Positions 11,911-24,699 of a stretch of 64,000 nucleotides of DNA are shown here, piece by piece. The notes beneath the pieces were generated by a model. The model was not told where the DNA came from, searched no databases, and worked only from the letters and a program-made list of their open reading frames with translations. The stretch is taken from NCBI RefSeq assembly GCF_006345805.1, contig NC_043003.1, forward strand, positions 25,606,001 through 25,670,000. Direction: 5' to 3'. Made by a program: the position numbers and the translations under genes. Every line of letters starts with the position of its first letter. Within the stretch, counting starts at the first letter, position 1. This stretch comes from Octopus sinensis. Taxonomy: Eukaryota.

Positions 11911-12920
11911 TATCAATAATATTAATGTGCCAACTTGTTCTTTTTCTACATACGTACCTGTGGTGTGTGTCACCCTTACTTCAAAGGAAGAAGTGAGTGG
12001 TGAAGTGAGACAGAGGACGACAGAGAGGAAGTAAGAGAGAAGGAGAGAGAAAGGGAGAGAGTGAAAGAGACAGTGAGTGGTGACGGCGTTCGTTTTGTGT
12101 TTTTAAATGTTTGTCACATCACAAGAAAAGTACATACAGAGATTGAAAGAAAAGTTGACTCATAGATACATACACACATTGTTAAATTAAAAGCAGGAGA
12201 GAGGAGGGATACAGAGGAAGTGAGAGAGAAAGAGAGAAACTGTGAGAGACAGTAGATACATAGATCGAAAGTAACGTTGATGCATAGGTGCAGAGACATG
12301 TTATTAAATCAAAGACACATAACTACAGCAAATATTGGATGTTACTTTTACTTTTCATTACCACATGAGGATAAAATTAACTTGCAAGTGGCTGAGTACT
12401 CCACAGACATGTATATCATTAATGTAGTTCTCAGGGAAATTCAGCCTTGCACTGAATATGACAAGGCTGGCCCCTTTGAATTACAGCTACAACTCATTTT
12501 GGCCAGCTGAGAGGACTGGAGCAAGATAAACCGCCAAGTGGTTGGAAGAAAATGAAAATATATCCTATATAGGGGCAGGAAAATCCTTTTAGTTATTAAG
12601 GTCACTATGGGTGTTAATCTGGTCCTAACAGCAGTAATTGTGGGTCTCACAGATCTGGAGGCCAAGACCCCTAATAAACACTGATGTGCAGGCTGTGGTT
12701 ATCAAACTGAGCATAAGTTGAGGGTGAATACACGACGGAATGGCAATTATTTTGTTTTAGCTTTCACTGCTTATACTAAACACAACATTTTTGCCTTACA
12801 ATATAGAATATTTCCTTTTCTTTCACTCTTTTTAAAAAATGACAGTCTGTTGGTTGACAACAAGGTTCCTGTTTATCTGAAAAAGGGAGAGTATAACTGT
12901 AAAAAGAGCCTGGAAAAATG

Positions 12921-13633
12921 GGTTCTTGAGCTGCACATCTAAATGCTTCTGCCTCTAGCTTCAGGTCATTCCTCCTCATCCATAGCCACCGATCTCCTGT
13001 ATCTGTCTTAGCATTCGTATCTTTTGCAAACTGAGCATACATTTTTTTCTCTTCCACACTGTTTCTTTTTTTGTTCCTTTCCTCTTTAAGCTTTTCTTTC
13101 TTTTCACAATTATCAGTTTTAATGACACTGGCTTTCTCCACATGTTTCCACAATGATTCCATGGCATTTTTTGCACACCACTCTAAGCTGTTTTCCTCTG
13201 CTTTGATTCAAACCTGACAACTAATCAAACCTCTCCCACTCTTTCTTTTGGGTAATTACAGCCTATTGGTGTCACTCTTTGGGTGAAAGTCTCCGTGCAC
13301 TATCAATATTTTTTTTGTCTTCATATCCATGTTCATCATTTCTTTCTTTTGCCATTTTATGATTCCAGCTCCATACCAAACTAATGCTATCGCCCATGTA
13401 TTAACTACTCAGATTATATTCCATCCGGTCGATACTAATCTTTGTCTTCAGAAGTATTCCATCCTCAATTGCTTTTTCATTTCCTTGTCCATTATTTCGT
13501 TGAGCCCTAGTATGCCAAGGTATTTGTAGCCATCTATTTCAATTTGCTTAATCAGTTCTCTATTAGGTAATTCTATCCCTGCTAGGAACTGTACCTTGGC
13601 CCTTTTCAAGTACAATATTCCACACTTCTTGAG

Positions 13634-13638
<5 letters not shown>
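12921..13638 (-). pseudogene. R4/Dong-like RT C-terminal region
   Basis: GLKKCGIL..YKYLGI..VNTWAIALVWYGAG..HPKSDTNRL*LPKRKSGRGL..RWLWMRRNDLKLEAEAFRCAAQE. Confidence 0.85.
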
Positions 13639-13668
<30 letters not shown>

Positions 13669-14084
13669 TATTATTATTAATAATAATGTTATTATTATTA
13701 TTTACTTTTAATCTGCATGTTTGTTACAATCACTTGTTGAGACACACCCAGCATCCTAGGGCGAGTGAAGAATAAGTGATGTTACAGTATGACTGAAAGC
13801 TTGGAGAAGGAAAGTGGCAGGGGCAGTAGCAAAATATCTTCATGTAACAAGAATTGCTGGTCTTGTGCAAAAATTTGAAGCCAAAGATGGCTATTGACTG
13901 TAATCATTAGAAAGTTAATGTTCTGGGTATAAATGCCAAGTTTGACTTTGCTTTTCATCCTTACACAGCCAATGAAATAAGTACCTGTTGAACACCAGAG
14001 TCAATGTAATCAACTATCCCCATTCCCCTTCAAATTTCAGGTTTTGTGCCTATAGAAGAAAGGATTATTATTATTATTATTATT

Positions 14085-14132
14085 GACTGTGTGGAAAGAA
14101 TTTTGTTTCCAAACCACATGGTTCCAGATTCA

Positions 14133-14171
<39 letters not shown>

Positions 14172-14410
14172 AGACTTTTGTGTGTGTGTGTGTGTGTGTG
14201 CGCGTGCACGTGTTTGTGTGTCTGTGTTTGTCCTCCCAACATCGCTTGACAACTGATGCTGGTATGTTTACATCCCCATAACTTAGCTGGTTGGCAAAAC
14301 AGACCAATAGAATAAGTATTAGGCTTACAAAGAATAAGACCTGGGGTAGATTTGCTCGACTAAAGGTGGTGCTCCAGCATGGCCACACTCAAATTACTGA
14401 AACAAGTAAA
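14085..14410 (+). mobile_element. SINE family E (internal microsatellite; 3' end ccagcatggccaca..ctgaaacaagtaaaaga)
   Basis: Same family at 14470-14670, 23638-24105, 32165-32570, 33565-34010, 37503-38200 and 49230-49620; reverse-strand pieces at 24110-24270, 40150-40265 and 63655-63775. Confidence 0.75.
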
Positions 14411-14890
14411 AGAATAAAAGAATACATATATATATATGCATACATTTTGTGTGTGTATTTTTGTGTGTATATTTGTCCCCCATCACCACTTGACCATCGG
14501 TGTTGGTTCGTTTATGTCCCCATAAATTAGAAGTTCATCAAAGAGCCCAATAGAATAAGTACTACTCTTAAAAAATACATACTAGGATCAATTTTTTTGA
14601 CTAAACCCTTCAAGATGGTGCCCCCAGCACGGCCACAGTCTAATAACTGAAAAAAGTAAATGGTAAAAGATTATATACAGAAGGAAAGCAAATGTTACAG
14701 GAAAGTCTGCAAGTTTCTGTTGCTTAGTGAGCAGTGTTGTATGTACTCTTGAGCAAGACAGTCAACACTATTTTTTATGGATTACTAAATTTGTCAGATA
14801 ATAGTTTATCTTCTTACAGTAGACTAATGCAATATACCAGAAACAAGAATAGCAAGGTTTGTCTTTTGTGTTTATCTTAATGCTACATGT

Positions 14891-15215
14891 AAAGGTGCAT
14901 GGCTTAGCGGTTAGGGCATTCTACTCATGATCATAAGGTCATGAGTTCAATTCCTAGTGACACATTGTGTCCTTGAGCAAGACACTTTATTTCACATTGC
15001 TCTAGTGTACTCAGCTGGCAAAAATGAGTAGTACCTGTGTTTCAAAGGGCCAGCCTTGTTACATTCTGTATCACACTGAATCTCCCTGAGAACTACATTA
15101 AGGGTACACGTGTCTGTGGAGTGTTCAGCCACTTGCATGTTAATTTCATGAATAGGCTGCTCGGTTGATCGGATCAACTGGAACCCTCGTCGTCGTAACC
15201 GACGGAGTACCAGTT
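14891..15215 (+). mobile_element. tRNA-derived SINE family F
   Basis: A-box tggcttagcgg, B-box gagttcaattcc, gtccttgagcaagacact domain; reverse copies at 12360-12520, 23275-23590, 48550-48755 and 63775-63950. Confidence 0.75.
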
Positions 15216-15289
15216 TTAGAAAGAAAATAAACGCTCCATAAATCTGAGATAAACACAGGCCTTCTAGGTCATATTGATTGATCAAAAAT

Positions 15290-15790
15290 CGATGATGATG
15301 ATGATACTTATGATAATGGTTCTGATGGTGGTGGTGGGCATGATATTGTTATTGATGATGACTTTGAGCAGGACGAGCAGGATGAAGATAAAAATGACGA
15401 TGATGATGATGACGACGACGACAATGGTGCTGACAATATCACCAATAATAATGACTGCAACAACAACGTTGAGATGGTGGTGGTAGTGGTGCTGGTACTG
15501 GTGGTGTTGGTGGTGGCAATAATGATGACACTCTCACCAATAGTGGTGATGATGATGATGACAATTATAATGATGATGATGATGATTGACAACAACAGCA
15601 ATGTCAAAAACGACACCTAAAACAGTTATGATTATGACAACGATGGTGATGATGATCATGATCATGATGAGGGCAACAATGTCAACAGCAACGACAACAA
15701 CAACAAAAACAGTGACCATCATCATCTTCATCATCATCATTATCATCACCATGGTGGTTGTGGTGGTAGTGGTGGTAGTCATAGTACCAG
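15290..15790. repeat. GAT/GGT/CAT trinucleotide low-complexity tract
   Basis: Direct reading. Confidence 0.9.
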
Positions 15791-16223
15791 TAGAAAGGAA
15801 ACCACCAATTATATTTCCTTTTTCCTGGTTAAGGACACATCTGTACATAGATTCATTATGAAGGGTCAACCTTGATCAAGGAAATAAACTGACAATTTCA
15901 AGTAAATATCAGATTGTGAATCTTCATATTTTCTTTTTTTTTCTTTTCTCTAAATAATTATAATTGTTATTGTTCTGTTGTTGTTGTTGTTTTTTTGTTT
16001 GTTTGATTTCATTGTAACAGTTAAACCTTTAATTTCCATCAAAATTTGACAAAGTTATCAGTAAAGTTTACATCTGTCCAACATGAGCCAATATGACACA
16101 CACACACACACATACACATACATACCCCCCACACACACATACACATACATACCCCCCACACACACATATACATGGTGTCTTGACCCTACAAGAGATTCCT
16201 TAAATCACCTTCTACTGTCTTAA

Positions 16224-16525
16224 AGTGGAGGCACAGGGCCTAGTGGTTAGAGCAGCAGACTCACAGTCAAGGGAACGTGAGTTCGAATCTCAGACCAGGC
16301 AATGTGTGTGTTTATGAGTGAAACACCTAAGCTCCATGTGGCTCTGGCAGAAGGTAATGGCGAACTTCTGCTGACTCTTTTGCCACAACTTTCTCTCACT
16401 CTTTCCTCCTGCATCTAGCAGCTCACCTGTGACAGACCGGCATCCCATCCAGGTGGGGAACCTATACACCAAGGAAACTGGAAAACTGGCCCTTATGAAC
16501 CAGGCATGGCTCGAGAAGGAACAAA
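16224..16525 (+). mobile_element. SINE family C copy
   Basis: ggcctagtggttagagc head, gttcgaatct B-box, body as in 10243-10545. Confidence 0.8.
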
Positions 16526-17542
16526 CGACTGTCTTAAAATTAGAAAGGCACATTGAATAATGTAATTCTTGATGTACACCATCTGAAGAAAAAGACAGGT
16601 TGGCCATGGCTGGAATGCCTCTGATTGTAAGCTCAATCATAGCTGAGTTGTAGTTCAACAAAAAACAATAACAACAATCTCGACAATGTCAGATATCTCA
16701 GTAACAACAACAACAATGCGAACAGCAACAGCCTTGTAAACAACAAGCTTGACTACAAGAACAACATCAATAATAACAGCAGCAGTAACAACAACAACAA
16801 CAGCCTTAGCAACAACATAAACAAGACGCTGAATTAGAACAACAATATCAACAACATCAATCTCAACAACAAGAAGCTCAACAACTGCATCAAAAACAAC
16901 AATCTCAATAAGAACAACAAATTCTACAACAACCACAACAACAGCACCAGCAACAAGATGTTGGATCATATCAACATACCATACTATGATGGTATGATTC
17001 AACCAGAGGCTCTTGATAAAAGAGATTAAAGATGGATGAGCTCCATAGGCAGATGTTTTTACAAGAAAATTCATATACCAGACACGGTTGAATGGTTTGT
17101 TAACAATGACAAAACAACAACAACAACAGCAGCAGCAACACTGACAACAAAAACAATGTGTTTGTCAATCAGAGTGACAAGGACCATTTAGTCATCCTTA
17201 AGGATGACTAATGATTTGAAGAGTCAAGCACCATCAACCTCACACTCTCAAACATGACCATCTTCAATCCAGTGGCAAAACCAGATCAAGAAAAGAAAAA
17301 AATGGAGACAGATGAAGAGGATGACCAATATATCTTACTTGCCTTGTCTTGTTCTCTCCAACTCCACAAAGCATTACTGCAGCAGCCTTCTCTTCTGTTG
17401 AACTGGGAAGGTTTCTACTGCAGAGTTCACCTGACACAGCCTTCACATACATAGGTAGGCAAGTCTTAATATGCTAATTAACCCATAACTGGGACCCTGA
17501 CAAGTAAACCCAGGAACAATAGTGGATAAGAGGTAGGCACAT

Positions 17543-18260
17543 CATCATCATCATCATTTAACGTCCGTTATCCATGCTAGCATGGGTTGGATGATTTGAC
17601 TGAGGACTGGCAAACCAGATGGCTGCACCAGGCTCCAATCTGATCTGGCAGAGTTTCTACAGCTGGTTGCCCTTCCTAATGCCAACCACTCCGAGAGTGT
17701 AGTGGGTGCCTTTATGTGCCACTGGCACAAGGGCCAGTCTGGCAGTACTGGCAACGGCCACACTCAAATGGTGTTTATTACGTGCCACCTGTACAGGAGT
17801 CAGTCCAGTGATGCTGGCAATGACCTCACTCAAATGTTTTGTTCACATGCCACCAGCACAAGTGCCAGTAAGGTGATGCTGGTAACAATCACACTCAAAT
17901 GGTGCTTTTTACGTGCCACCAGCACAGAAGCCAGACTGCTACTCTGGCAGTGATCCCACTCAGATGGAGCTGTTAGCGCTAAGCTGGCAGGCTTCATCAA
18001 ATTTGCTCCAATTTCGATTTCACTTGCCCCATCAGGTCTTCGCAAGCAGAGTTTAGTGTCCAATGAAGGAAGGTTGGCATGGATGCTGGTCGTCGAATTT
18101 GGTTCTATTTTGAATTCAATTTCAATTTCACTTGCCCCAACAGGTCTTCGCAAGCAGAGTTTTGTGTTCAAAGAAGGAAAGGTATGCATAAGTGGGCTGG
18201 CTGCAGCCCTGGTAAAGGCCACAGGTTATGGTCTCACTTGTCTTGCCGGGTCTTCTCATG
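17543..18260 (-). mobile_element. RTE 3' end with internal tandem units
   Basis: Same architecture as 8098-8655, with an extra duplication of ttcacttgcccca..ggtcttcgcaagcagagttt (~18020 and ~18127). Confidence 0.8.
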
Positions 18261-18725
18261 CACAGCATATTTCCAAAGGTCTCGATCATTAGTCATTGCT
18301 TCAGTGAGGCAGAATACCCTAACCAGGGCTCTACTATTGGATACTATGTAAAGTCAAACCTAGGAAATGCACCAACAACAACAGCAGCAAGAAAAAACAA
18401 CAACTACAACAACAACTCTCTCTCTAATAAGCATTATCCATTTTCCATGTTTTATGTCTGCTGATCTAAAACCAGCTTCCATTAAAAGCCAACCTCAGAC
18501 ATCTAAATCTACCTACACTTGTTTAACACTCAATTATCTACCATATTAACTATCTACAATAATATTTTTTACCATCTTTCCAGAAAGTTCTAACAATCAG
18601 ATCAATAAACACATCATTTATTGCTAGTTTCTGTCTGTCTTTTTCTTAGTTTCTTTTTTTTTTCTTTAATATGGTTAACCATATTATCCGTAAGAGGAAT
18701 TCAAGTAATGTTCTGACATCTGACA

Positions 18726-18734
<9 letters not shown>

Positions 18735-18761
<27 letters not shown>

Positions 18762-18772
18762 TATATAATATA

Positions 18773-18824
<52 letters not shown>

Positions 18825-19002
18825 GTGCGTGTGTGTGTGTGTATGTGTGTGTATGTATATGGTATATCCATGTACAAATACATATTTTGTACACACATGT
18901 ATATAACAGAAACATACTAACACATACATCTGTATTATATATATATATACACACAGATATATATATATATATATATACATATATACATACATGTATATAT
19001 AC

Positions 19003-19047
<45 letters not shown>

Positions 19048-19104
19048 ATACATATATACATGTATGTATGTATACATATATATATATATACACACACACA
19101 CACA

Positions 19105-19171
<67 letters not shown>

Positions 19172-19263
19172 CACACCCATATATATATATATATATATAT
19201 GAATGTATATACATATATATCTTTATATATATATTTATGTATATATATACATATATATATGTA

Positions 19264-19326
<63 letters not shown>

Positions 19327-19400
19327 ATGTATACTCACACACACACACGCACACACATACACGCACACACACATCACATACATAAATATACATATGTATA
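18735..19400. repeat. Compound (TA)/(CA)/(TG) microsatellite
   Basis: Direct reading. Confidence 0.95.
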
Positions 19401-19792
19401 AATTCATTGATAGTGATCTTATAATGCTTGTTCATGGATATCTTCGAGCTATAACAGATTTGGCAGAAATATTTCATCATTTTTTAACTGACAAAAATCA
19501 AAATTTCCAAACACATTTTTTTCGCATAGAATTCTTTAGTTTCCAATGCCGGTCTTCCTCCTCCTGTTACCCCTCCTCCTCCCCTCTTCTTCTTCTTCTT
19601 CTTCTTCTTCAAGACCTACCACTGATGAATGGCATTCCAGCCATGACTGTCTGTTTTTTTTTTCATGCATAGTCTATCAAGACCATATTTTCCAATGAGG
19701 TCTTTACCTTTAAAGACAATACAGTTATTTCACCAATAATGCTTATTCTTTCAAATGCTAATTCCTTTAGTAATTCTAATTTATGATGTGTG

Positions 19793-20394
19793 TGTGAGTA
19801 TGGACAAATGAAAGAAAGTGGCACTCAACACATTTGGTGAGAGTTACATATGTATTTAATAACAGTTTGATGTAGCTCCTTACAACTTACAAGTGTCATA
19901 GGTGAGTCAGACGAGTCCATCTCATCAGATACTGAGAGCAGAGTAAGAGTTTAGAGAGAAATTTAAGATGGCTCCTAGGTCTTAGGGCTTTATTGACCAG
20001 CCCACATGTTTGGACAGGATGTTTCTAGGATGCTGGTACCAATTTGGCAGCAGGCTTGGGCATATTGTATTCAGTGACATCCATTTCTTGTATTGGGTAC
20101 TGTAGGGTGGGATATTGGCATGAATCAGTAGCTCAGTCATCATTCAGTGAAGTACGAATACATTAGCAGCAGTATCTTTATGTGGGAATAACTAAATTTA
20201 ATGGTTTTTAGTTACAATTGAAGTTGCATGAAGAACATGGGTGAGCTGCAAACCATACATGTGGCAAGGATTAAATACCCCGCCTTTGTGTGTGGAACAG
20301 CCAGGCCTAGGATGTATATCTGGGTTGTCAGCTGTCAGTGGCTCAAAGTTCATTAAAAGACTGTACTTAAAGTGGCAATAAGATAATTCATACA
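19793..20394 (-). mobile_element. Candidate solo LTR or retroelement terminus
   Basis: TG...CA ends on the minus strand, a TC-rich stretch, and ATTAAA near the 3' end; no TSD found. Confidence 0.3.
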
Positions 20395-20422
20395 CACACA
20401 CATGTACACATACACAAATATA

Positions 20423-21956
20423 CAGTTGCGGCCAAAATGTTCAGAACGGCATTGTTTTCGCCAGAAAAGTAGGTATAAGTTTTTATCAAAGTTGTTTTAT
20501 ATTCTATAATTTTCACAGACAATAAATACAATATTAATTGTTATTGTCTGAGATTTTGGTGTACTTTGAGAGGATAATACAAAAGTTATGGATGATTTAG
20601 TGATTTACTGCAAAACCCATGGCAGCCAAAATGATCAGCACGGTTGAAAAAATAACAAAATAATCAAAAAGTGACAGAGAATGCTGGAATTATTTAATAT
20701 TTAGTGTGAAGCCCTTTAGCTTCAATCACCCTTTAACATCTTCCACTGCATGAGGAAATTAAATTTTCAATTTCTTGCTAGGTGATCTTATTCCATTCTT
20801 CCTGAAGGGCATTCCATAATTGCTCGGTTGTTTTAGGATTTCTGGCTTTCGAACGTTCATGAGCACCTTAGCCTTGTGACATGGGGCCTTGTCCTGCATG
20901 AATATGGGTGGTCGCTTAGTTGAATTTCTCAGCACAGGCAAGACATGATCTTTTACAAGTTGTTTATAAACTCCTGCATTTACCTTTCCATGTAATCGCA
21001 CCAAAGGGCCCATGCCATCTCCAGATATCATCCCCCAAACCATAACACTTCCTCTACCGAATTTAACACTAGTCTTAAGGCATTTAGGCGACAATTTTTC
21101 ACCTACTTTTCAACGAACATACCTTTTCCCATCTGAGCCAAATAACATAAACTTAGATTCATCACTGAAATGCACCGTTTGCCATTTTTCTTGAGACCAC
21201 AACACATGTTCGGTTGCAAAGGTAAGACGACACTTTTTATTTTTGGAGCTGATCAGTGGCTTCACTGCTGGTGATCTTGCTTGTAGGTTATGTTCAATTA
21301 AACGATGAGATAAGTTTTTCGAGATAACGTTTTCTTCAGTACAATGCTCATTTCCCGAGAAACAGCAGCAGCAGTTTTAAATCTGTCCTTTTTAACCAAC
21401 TTTACCATAGCACGATCTTCTCTCTTGGTCGTTTTTCTTGGCCTATCTGTAGACTTTCTTGCTTCACACGAACCACAATCATCGAAGACCTTAAGAATAC
21501 CGTGAACAACACTTTTTGACTTGTTAACAATCTTTGCAATAGACCCAATACTTAAATTATCCTTCTTTCGAAGCTTAATAATCTGCTGACGAATTGATAA
21601 CGGAGTAAGTGGCATTATATTAACAAAGTACACTGCAGATATTCTTACTAATGTTTAGTAAACGAACCGTCACGTAAACAAATTCAAAACATTAGAGTTC
21701 GCCGGTTAAATATACTAAAACATGGAGTAAAAGCAACCGTTCTGATCATTTTAGCCGCCATGGGTTTTGCAGTAAATCACTAAATCATCCATAACTTTTG
21801 TATTATCCTCTCAAATTACACAAAAATCTCGGACAATAACAATTAATATTGTATTTATTGTCTGTGAAAATTATAGATATAAAACAACTTTGATAAAAAC
21901 TTATACCTACTTTTCCGGTGAAAACAATACCGTTCTGAACATTTTGGCCGCAACTG
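20423..21956 (-). mobile_element. Full-length Tc1 transposon (1534 bp) with long IR/DR terminal repeats
   Basis: TA|CAGTTGCGGCCAAAATGTTCAGAACGG...CCGTTCTGAACATTTTGGCCGCAACTG|TA. TIRs are ~225 bp with an inner repeat caaaatgatcagcacgg of the outer caaaatgttcagaacgg. Confidence 0.95.
20694..21615 (-). pseudogene. Tc1 transposase, disrupted
   Basis: MPLTPLSIRQQII..RPRKTT..HFSDESKF..VMVWG..FMQDKAPCHKA..EEWNKI..GLHTKY*. Frameshift near 21300, internal stops, and the WP.QSPDLNPIE segment is missing. Confidence 0.9.
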
Positions 21957-21989
21957 TATATATATATATATATATATATATTGACACAT

Positions 21990-22032
<43 letters not shown>

Positions 22033-22097
22033 ATATATATATATTGACACATATACATACATATATATATACATAAATATATATATATATATATATA

Positions 22098-22757
22098 TCA
22101 TCATCATCATCATCACTATCACCATCACCGTCATTTAACGTCTGTTGTCCACGCTGGCATGGGTTGGATGGTTTGACTGGGCTGGCATGCTGGAAGACTG
22201 CACCAGACTCCAGTCTGATTTGGCATGGTTTTCTATGGTTAGATGCCCTTTCTAACATCAACCACTCCAAGAATGTAATGGGTACTTTTACACGCCACCG
22301 ACACGGGTGCCTTTTGTGTGACACCAGGGACCGTTTATGTGCTAATTTGCATGACACTGGTATCTGCCATAACTGTGATTTTGCTCGGCTTGATGGGTCT
22401 TCTCAAGCATGACATAATGCCAAAGGTCTTGGTCATTGCCTCCATGAGGCCCAATGCTCAAAGGAACTCAGCCACCTTGCCTCCATGAGGCCCAACACTT
22501 GAAAGGAATTCAGCCACTTTGCTTCCATGAGGCCAAAGACCCAATGCTTGAAAGGAACTCAGCCACTTTACCTCCATGAGGCCCAACATTCAAAAGATGT
22601 TCTTAACGTGACACCAGCATGGGTGCACTTGGCTTTGACAGATCCTAAAAGCACAGCACTTCGCCAAAGGTCTTGTTCACCAGTCATTGCCTCTGTGAGG
22701 CTCAACATTCGAAGATCATGCTTTACCACCTTGTCCCATGTCTTCCTAGGTCTACCT
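22098..22757 (-). mobile_element. RTE 3' end including ORF2 terminus and 41-49-bp tandem units
   Basis: Family A tail; ORF end ..RKTWDKVVKHDL; units gcctccatgaggcccaa at 22438, 22479, 22521 and 22570. Confidence 0.8.
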
Positions 22758-23073
22758 AGGACAAATGAAAAGATACAAAATATAAGGATTATGAGCAGGC
22801 TGTTCTATTGATCAGATCTTTTGTATCTTTTCATTTGTCTTGCTCGCTTACATTCTGGTGTTTGCTGAAATTTCTTGAGAACAATCTTTTCTTAGTGGTC
22901 AGACTAATGGGGTCTACCTCTAGCATAATGGATGTCCACTTAGTGGTCATCCCTCTTATATGTATGTAATATAATTTTTCTGAATCTTCAGATTTTTCAA
23001 TATGCTAGGCCACTGGTTTTAAACTGATATCAACCAAATTAATATTCAATTTTTCACCCTTATTATTTAAATT

Positions 23074-23115
<42 letters not shown>

Positions 23116-23233
23116 ATATACACACACACATAATACACATATACAGAAGATTTGAAATGAAAAACACTGCTTGCATGATGGTGATGTTTGTTTTTAACAA
23201 ACACAATGTCAAGACAACACACACACACACGTG

Positions 23234-23265
<32 letters not shown>

Positions 23266-23808
23266 AAGTACTTGTACTGTCCATTACAACAACAAGTGTC
23301 CTAATTGATCTGATCAATGGAACAGCCTGCTCATGAAATTAACGTGTAAGTGGCTGAGCACTCCACAGACATACATAATCCTTAACAAATTTCTCAGAGA
23401 GATTCAGCATGACACAGAATGCGACAAGGCTGGCCCTTTAAAATACAGGTACATCTCTTTTTGCCAGCTAAGTGAACTGGAGCAACATGAAATAAAGTGT
23501 CTTGCTCAAGGACACAACAAACTGCTGGGTGCCAATGTCATGACCTTACAATTGGGAACCAAGTATGCTAACTACTAAGCCATGCACCTTTACACACACA
23601 CACACACAAACACACACACATGCACAAAACATATACATAGGTGCAGGAATGGCTGTGTTGTAAGTAGCTTGCTTACCAACCACATGGTTCTGGGTTCAGT
23701 CCCACTGTGTGGCACCTTGGGCAAGTGTCTTCTACAATAGCCTCGGGCTGACCAAAGCCTTGAGAGTGGATTTGGTAGACAGAAAGTGAAAGAAGCCCAT
23801 CGTATATA

Positions 23809-23900
<92 letters not shown>

Positions 23901-24699
23901 TTATGCATTTGCATTTGTCCCCCCAACATCGCTTGACAACTGATGGTGGTGTGTTTACATCCCTGTAACTAAGTGGTTCAGCAAAAGAGACCGATAGAAT
24001 AAGTACTAGGCTTACAAAAAATAAGTCCTGGGGTTGATTTGCTCGACTAAAGGCAGTACTCCAGCATGGCCACAGTCAAATGGCTGAAACAAGTAAAAGA
24101 GTATATATGACAAGCTTCTGTAAATTTCTGTCAATCAAATCCACTCACAAAGACAAGTTTTTTGTCAGCCTTGTCTATAGCTGAATACATTTGCCCAAAA
24201 TCCAATGCAGCAGAATTGAACCCAAAACTATGTGCTTGGGAAGCAAACTTCTTACCACACAGCCATGCCCATGCTCAAGATGTATGAAAGTAGCGCTAGA
24301 CCAAAAAAGATGGAAATTATTGGTAAAAAAATTTCAAATGATCAAGCAGAGGAAATACTAGTGGAATGGTTTAACACTTGACATGCTAAAATTATGGTTT
24401 GTGGCAGGATTTGAACATATGATTTGTTAGTCAACTTGTTGTTAATTAAATAAATGAGTAAACTGTCTGGTTGTAATGGAAGTGGTCAGAGATACAAATT
24501 AAAGCAGTGCTGGACAATAAATACATAATCACTGGACGTCAGACTGACCAAAACAGAGTCTAAAGGAAAAATCTTTTCTTTTATTTGTTTACTCTTATTT
24601 TTTGTTCTTTTGTTGTTGTTACATTTGGTTTTTGTTTGTTTATTTATTCTTAGTTTTATTTTTTTTTGTTTTCTGTTAATTATTGCGTTTGGTTTTTAT

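Noticed and set aside
12530-12920. Possible exon SLLVDNKVPVYLKKGEYN and neighbouring ORFs
   Set aside because: Weak splice sites, no recognisable homology, and it lies within a TE-fragment cluster.
18646-19480. Many long ORFs rich in IY/YI/HT/CV (also at 9.1, 32.5, 35.5, 41.7, 49.6 and 58.4 kb)
   Set aside because: Translations of dinucleotide and tetranucleotide microsatellites; no coding evidence.
22438-22590. Short repeat-spacer look-alike (CRISPR-like)
   Set aside because: The intervening parts are also homologous, so it is a tandem repeat within a LINE 3' end; eukaryotic context and no cas genes.
22860-22960. Minus-strand EG*PLSGHP resembling the Tc1/mariner EDEPRSGRP motif
   Set aside because: A single short motif with no TIR or further support.
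24305-24410. EEILVEWFNT..MVCG resembling a pogo/CENP-B HTH
   Set aside because: Too short and degenerate to call.
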